Origin: the human T2T-CHM13v2.0 reference genome, Homo sapiens
Length of the DNA: 64,000 nucleotides
Strand: one strand, 5' to 3'
Assembly (NCBI RefSeq): GCF_009914755.1
Contig: NC_060941.1
How positions within the stretch are numbered: position 1 is the first letter of the stretch; each line of letters opens with the position of its first letter. This document shows, piece after piece, positions 57,741 through 64,000 of this stretch. The position numbers were made by a program, and so were the translations under genes. Under the pieces are notes generated by a model. The model was not told where the DNA came from. It worked only from the letters and a program-made list of their open reading frames with translations, and ran no database searches.

Positions 57741-57982
57741 TTGCAGTGAAGTCACAGGTTCCGTGACGTCACAGGTGGGCAGGCGCACTAGTCTGTAACG
57801 GATTGGCTTGGCCTTACCCGCGAGGCTTTGCAGTGGCTGCTTGGCTTGGCAGTGGTCGCTTGGCTTGGCGTGGCAGTGATCGCTTGGCTTGGCATTTCTG
57901 GCTTAGCGGTCCTCCTTTCGCAGATTGGAAACCGCGGGCTATCCTGCTGGGAGGTTGTGGCCGAGGCAGTAGCTCGCTACTG

Positions 57983-58326
57983 ATGGTCTCCTGGGGTGGA
58001 GAAAAGCGGGGAGGGGCTGAGGGGTCTCCGAAGCCGGCAGTCTACGCCACGAGGAAAACCGGTAGCGTCAGGAGCCAGGAGGACCAGTGGTACTTGGGCT
58101 ACCCGGGGGACCAGTGGTCCTCGGGCTTCTCCTACAGCTGGTGGAAAAACAGCGTCGGCAGCGAGAGCAAGCACGGTGAGGGCGCCTTAGACCAGCCCCA
58201 GCACGATGTCCGCCTGGAAGATCTTGGCGAGCTCCACAGAGCTGCCCGGTCGGGCGACGTCCCTGGGGTGGAGCACGTCTTGGTTCCTGGAGACACTGGC
58301 GTGGACAAGAGGGATAGGAAGAAGAG
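57983..58326 (+). pseudogene. CCDC144CP: CCDC144CP exon 1 coding-like portion ([26 protein letters not shown]...[34 protein letters not shown])
   Basis: ATG at 57983; the translation matches the recalled CCDC144 family N-terminus; donor AG|gtaatg at 58327. Its position directly downstream of SPECC1 identifies the C copy. Confidence 0.9.
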
Positions 58327-58583
58327 GTAATGGCCAGGCGAAGGATGCGGGCGCGCCGTCCTGTCGGGGACACTGGCTTTCTGGTGCCCGCAGGCCCCAC
58401 GGCACCCGGGATGGGGAAACGTCAGAGGGGTCAGGGGCCCAGGCCTCTTAGTGAGACGGGATCAAATATAAAGGATTATTACTATTGCAAAAGTGTTGGT
58501 CTACTTTACAGGAGTTTTCTTTAAAAATATTGCACTTCCCAACTGTGTTTATCCATTTTCTCAATTTATTCATCAAACATAAG

Positions 58584-59059
<476 letters not shown>

Positions 59060-59361
59060 CATGTTATGCTTTTGTCTCAGCCTAGACTTAGCTAAAACCT
59101 TCATGACAAATTATCCTTTAGGCCCTCGGGGTTCAGTTCAAATAATGTTGCAGAAAGAGATGAGTTTCCTTTTCTCATTGCTACCAGATCTGTATGCTGA
59201 GGACCCTTTTCTTAGATCGTGGAATGTCCCATATTATCCTTTCCCAGATTTGTGGCAGGAAGCCATCACCAGAATTCTGAGTCTCAAGCATGTTAGTTGG
59301 ATTTAACAGAGCTAAGTCTCATCCATGACTCATGAATATCCATGTATAAAATGAGAGCTTT

Positions 59362-59775
<414 letters not shown>

Positions 59776-60848
59776 GCGCAGTCACTAGAAGTTCATTTGA
59801 CTATTTGCTGACTAGTTCCAAAGACAGTGTGAGTCAAAGCAAACTGGGTATCACCTAATATTAAAATTGTGATTTTTCACTACAAAAATATGCAGTAAGG
59901 TGATCAATGGAGCTGAGTAACACGTGGGATGTTGTGTGCAAATATATTGTCAGTATGTATCTCAGAAATGAGAGAATGTCAACTTGCATGTCTTTCATGG
60001 AACTGAAAAAAAAAAGTAGAATTTTGTTTTCCATGTCAGTTGGAGATGAACATGGGGATTGAGCATCCTTCTAACAAAGATCTGCCGATTCAGAGTTTGA
60101 GTCTGTATGGAACAGTAGTCCAAGCTAGGTCTTGACATCTATTAGCTTTCTCCCCTTGGCGTGATTGATGAGCTCAGTAATAGTGGACAGTGTTGCTATC
60201 TAGTTTGATGAAATAATATATTTATAAGTAAATTTAGTTACAAACTATGAACTAGCTGTGATGCCCCAAATTATAAGCCACAAAGAATAGAACTAATAAA
60301 ACTAGAACTTAATAACAGTTTTGGAAAACTGCAACATTTGAATATTAGAACCTCTGGAAAAAATACACATTGGGTTTTATTTGTGATTCCAAAACCATTT
60401 CCGCAATAAAGCTCAAGAACAAATTATTTCATTGCTTCACTGTTTCTCTGAGCATTTACAAAACGTTTTCTTGTTAAATCTTTAACAACCTAGTGAAATA
60501 AGGCAGTAAAATCCGTGCTTTTTAGAAGAATACATTGAGCCTAAGAGAAGCAACTTGTCAGAGAATAAATAGCTGCTGGTAATAGAGCTAGGATGCTTTC
60601 CATTATGCCAAGCTAATGTGAGTTAATTTACTGAACTATACTCCCTTCAATTCATGAGTACTTCATCTTTTTTTCTTCTTCAGAAGCTTAAAGAGAAGTT
60701 GGTAGAACTCACAAATTGAAGTATATGGGATAATTAAAGTTCTGATATTAACTCTGATATTGTTTGAAATACTCTAAAAATTTAATATATTTGGTATTTT
60801 TCATTTGTTTTAAAATAGTAATTTCATTTATTACATTTTTATCCATAG

Positions 60849-60919
60849 CATTCAGCAACTAGTTCCTGAATATAAGGAAAAACAGACACCTGAAAGTCTT
60901 CCTCAAAATAACAATCCAG
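60849..60919 (+). pseudogene. CCDC144CP: CCDC144CP exon 2 ((S)[23 protein letters not shown])
   Basis: Acceptor tttttatccatag and donor gtaaga; 71 bp; in frame with exon 1 (AG+C=Ser). Confidence 0.9.
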
Positions 60920-61186
60920 GTAAGACTTCTGATAGTGAATTATTTTTGGTGGTCCTACCATAGGTAAAAAAGAAGTAAGAGTCAGGAAGTTTTGATCATG
61001 AAAGAGCAGTTTTAAAAAATCTTTATTTCTTTGTTGATAGGTTAGATTTCTTGGTAGGTTAGATGTCACAATTATTTAAAAAGTTAATTATAGGTCATTT
61101 ATTTTTTCAAACAATCTGGTCTGAAAAAAAATTAATTATAGTCCCTAAAATCCTATGTGATATTTTTGTATAAATAAGAAAAAGAT

Positions 61187-61480
61187 TTTTTTTTTTTTTT
61201 GAGACAGAGTCTCGCTGTTGCCCAGGCTGGAGTGCAGTGGCACGATCTCGGCTCACTGCAGGCTCCACCCCCTGGGGTTCATGCCATTCTCTTGCCTCAG
61301 CCTGCAGAGTAGCTGGGACTACAGGCGCCCGCCACCCCGCCTGGCTAATTTTTTGTATTTTTAGTAGAGACGGGGTTTCACCATGTTAGCCAGGATGGTC
61401 TCGATCTCCTGACCTCGTGATCCATCTGCCTCGACCTCCCAAAGTGCTGGGATTACAGGCGTGAGCCACCGCGCCCGGCC
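61187..61480 (-). mobile_element. AluY
   Basis: TSD aagaaaaagat at 61176-61186 and 61481-61491. Confidence 0.9.
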
Positions 61481-61620
61481 AAGAAAAAGATATTTTTGAG
61501 TTAGTAAGTTGTATGTTTTCTTTATAGTCACATTATAATGAATTAGACTTATTATGAAATTGGAACTTCTATTTAATTTTTAAAATAAATGACTTATGTT
61601 TAGTAAATGAATATCAATCA

Positions 61621-62058
61621 CAATTGACCCTTAACAATGTGGAATTTAGGGATGCTTGATTCCCTCTGCAGTCAAACATCTGTGTATAACTTTTGACTCC
61701 CCCAAGAACGTAACTACTAATAGCTAACTGTTGACCAGCAGCCTTATTGATAACATAAATAGTCAATTAAGATATGTTTGGTATGGTATATGTATTAATA
61801 TGCTGTATTCTTACAATAAAGGAAGCTAGGAAAATAAACTGTTAAGAAAATCATAAGGCAGAAAAAATACGCTTACTGTTCATTAAATGCAAGTGGATCA
61901 TTATATAACTCTTCATCATAGTCTTCAAGTTGAGCAGGCTAAGGAGAAGGAGGAAGAGGAAGATTGGTCTTCGCTGTCTCAGGTGGTAGAAGTGGGAGAA
62001 AATCTGCTCATAAGTAGACCCCTGCAGTTCAAATCCGTGTTGTTCAAAGGCTAACTAT
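61621..62058. mobile_element. Tigger2a-like TcMar DNA transposon
   Basis: TIR-like ends caattgacccttaacaa / ttgttcaaaggctaacta; internal gtataacttttgactcccc. Confidence 0.85.
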
Positions 62059-62161
62059 ATTACATAGTGATTTGTGTCACTAAAAGAAATTAGTTTCAAA
62101 ACTGGAAACTCAGCAATACCTTTCTGGCACCATAAACAAATAGCAATAAGAACTGTGAAAT

Positions 62162-64000
62162 GGCCAGGTGTGCTGCCCACACCTGTAGTCCCAGCAAGTT
62201 GGGAGGCCTAGGTGGGAGGATCGCTTGTGTCCAGAAGTTCCAGACCAGCCTGGGTGACATAGTGAGACCACATCTCTACAAAAGCAAATACAAAATTAGC
62301 TGGGTGTTTTGGTGCACACCTGTAATCCCAGCTACTTGGGAGACTGAGATGGGAGGATCGCTTGAGCCTGGGAGTCAAGGCTGTAGTGAGCTGTGATCAT
62401 GATCACAACCTGGATGACAGAGTGAGACCCTGTCTCAGAAAAAAACAAAAACAAAAACACAAACAAAACCCTGCCAAACATACCCAATGTGCACTAATAC
62501 TAATGGGAAATTATTTTTCAAAGATACCTTCTGAGTGCAGAAGTCAGAAAAGCAATTCCTTGTTGAGAAGAACAGGTCATGTTACATACTTATAAACCAA
62601 CAAGGTGTCGCTATTATTGACTTTCCCCCAATTTGAAATCGAATGAGGTATATTTACTTCATTAGAACAAGATGTGTTTTTCTACCTGCTGGTTAATTGC
62701 TATGTTAACAGTAATTTTGTTAGAACAAGATATGCAGTTACCATTAGCCAAAAGATTATCATAATAAATATTCAAATAGCCCAACTCTAGGCTCAACAAA
62801 TTATAATGAAAGTATAAAAATGTTTCACAATAACAAAAAATGCTTCTGTGCTTCCAAGATGTTATGCCTAATGCATTGGACAATCTGAACTGTAAGAGGA
62901 CACCTTTAATTTAGTACATATTAATCAAAGAACTTCTCTAAGTTAGGTTTTGCACGTTATGGGAGACAAACATGAAATAGACATAGTTTTGGTCTTTGAG
63001 GTGCTCATAATAGAATAGAGCTTTCTCTATTTAATTTCTGTGTTTTTTTCAACAGAATTTTCAAGGAAATCATTTATTCATTTGTCCACTTCACAAATAA
63101 TTATCAAATGTCTTTTAGTACTAAGCATTTTTTTTCTAATGTTACAGAATACAGACATTTAAAAATACTGTTGGGGCCAGCACAGTGGTGCATGCCTGTA
63201 ATCTCACCACTTTGGGAGGCTGAGATGGGAGGATCACTTGAGCCCAGAAGTTCGAGACCAGCCCGGGCAACATGACAAGACCTCATCTCTACTAAATTTT
63301 TAAAAAAACAATAAAACATTAGCTGGGCATGGTGCCAGGTGCCTGTACTTCCAGCTACTTGGGAGGCTGAGGTGGGAGGATTGCTTGAGCCTGGGTGTTT
63401 GAGGCTACAGTGAGCTATGATCATGCCACTGCACTCGTGTCTGGGTAACAGAGTGAGACCCTGTCTCAAAAAAGAAAAAAAACAAACCAACAAAACCCAG
63501 GAGCTTGTTATTATCATTGTCACTTTAATTATTTGATGAATTATTTATTCAGTGCCTACTACTGTGTTAGATGCCCTCTGGAACCGTATAGTGATCATTT
63601 ATTATGTTAAATATGTGCCAGACACTTTATGTGGTGAGGAATGAAAGCTGTAAAAAAGTGAGTAAGATTTAAGGTAGGCATGAAGAGTGAGTAGAACTTT
63701 TCTAGGTAAAGAGGCAGAAGGATGATGTGGGCAGAAGATTGTGTGTTTCACAGAAGGAGCAGCGAGTGCAAAAGTAAGATGCTTGAGTGAACTTTGCAGG
63801 GTTTATGAGCAGTTCAGTTTTGCCAGTGCAAAACATATGAGATGTGAATGGTTGGGAATGAAGTGAATACCTAAGGCAAGCTCATGACAGACTTTTTTTT
63901 GAGACAGAGTCTCACTCTGTCACCCAGGCTGGAGTGCAGTGGCGTTCTCTTGGCTCACTGCAACCTCCGCCTCCTGAGTTCAAGTGATTCTCGTGCCTCA
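62162..64000. mobile_element. Alus at 62162-62470 (+), 63175-63495 (+) and 63892-64000 (-, cut by the window end)
   Basis: Alu arms recognised directly. Confidence 0.85.

Noticed and set aside
57803-57982. N-terminal extension of the 175-aa ORF
   Set aside because: It starts at TTG; the family start is the ATG at 57983, and the ORF's stop lies in the intron donor (gtaa).

Overview
This is human (primate) genomic DNA, recognisable as 17p11.2. It holds the 3' end of SPECC1 (cytospin-B) on the + strand: three coding exons (33626-33742, 42689-42748, 50642-50731) encode most of the C-terminal calponin-homology (CH) domain, followed by a 3' UTR with proximal (51391) and distal (55668) AATAAA signals. 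Next come a CpG-island promoter and exons 1-2 of CCDC144CP (57983-58326, 60849-60919), an ANKRD26-derived gene of the Smith-Magenis low-copy repeats. The rest is intronic and repeat-dense: about 40 Alus (including a young AluYb8 and an AluYd8), L1PA/L1M/HAL1/L2/MIR fragments, THE1, MER68, MLT and MER39-like LTRs, DNA-transposon MITEs and two U6 pseudogenes. Almost all ORFs in the supplied track are repeat-derived. I found no convincing new gene system. The most unusual unexplained structure is a series of inverted (fold-back) duplications at several scales: a ~250-bp inverted pair 1.65 kb apart, an 86-bp hairpin and several small templated hairpin insertions. Other notable items are a four-level nested TE inside a twin-primed L1, inverted Alus in the SPECC1 3' UTR, and the apparent loss of ankyrin exons in CCDC144CP. 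Repeat subfamily calls come from recalled consensus sequences, and their boundaries are approximate.
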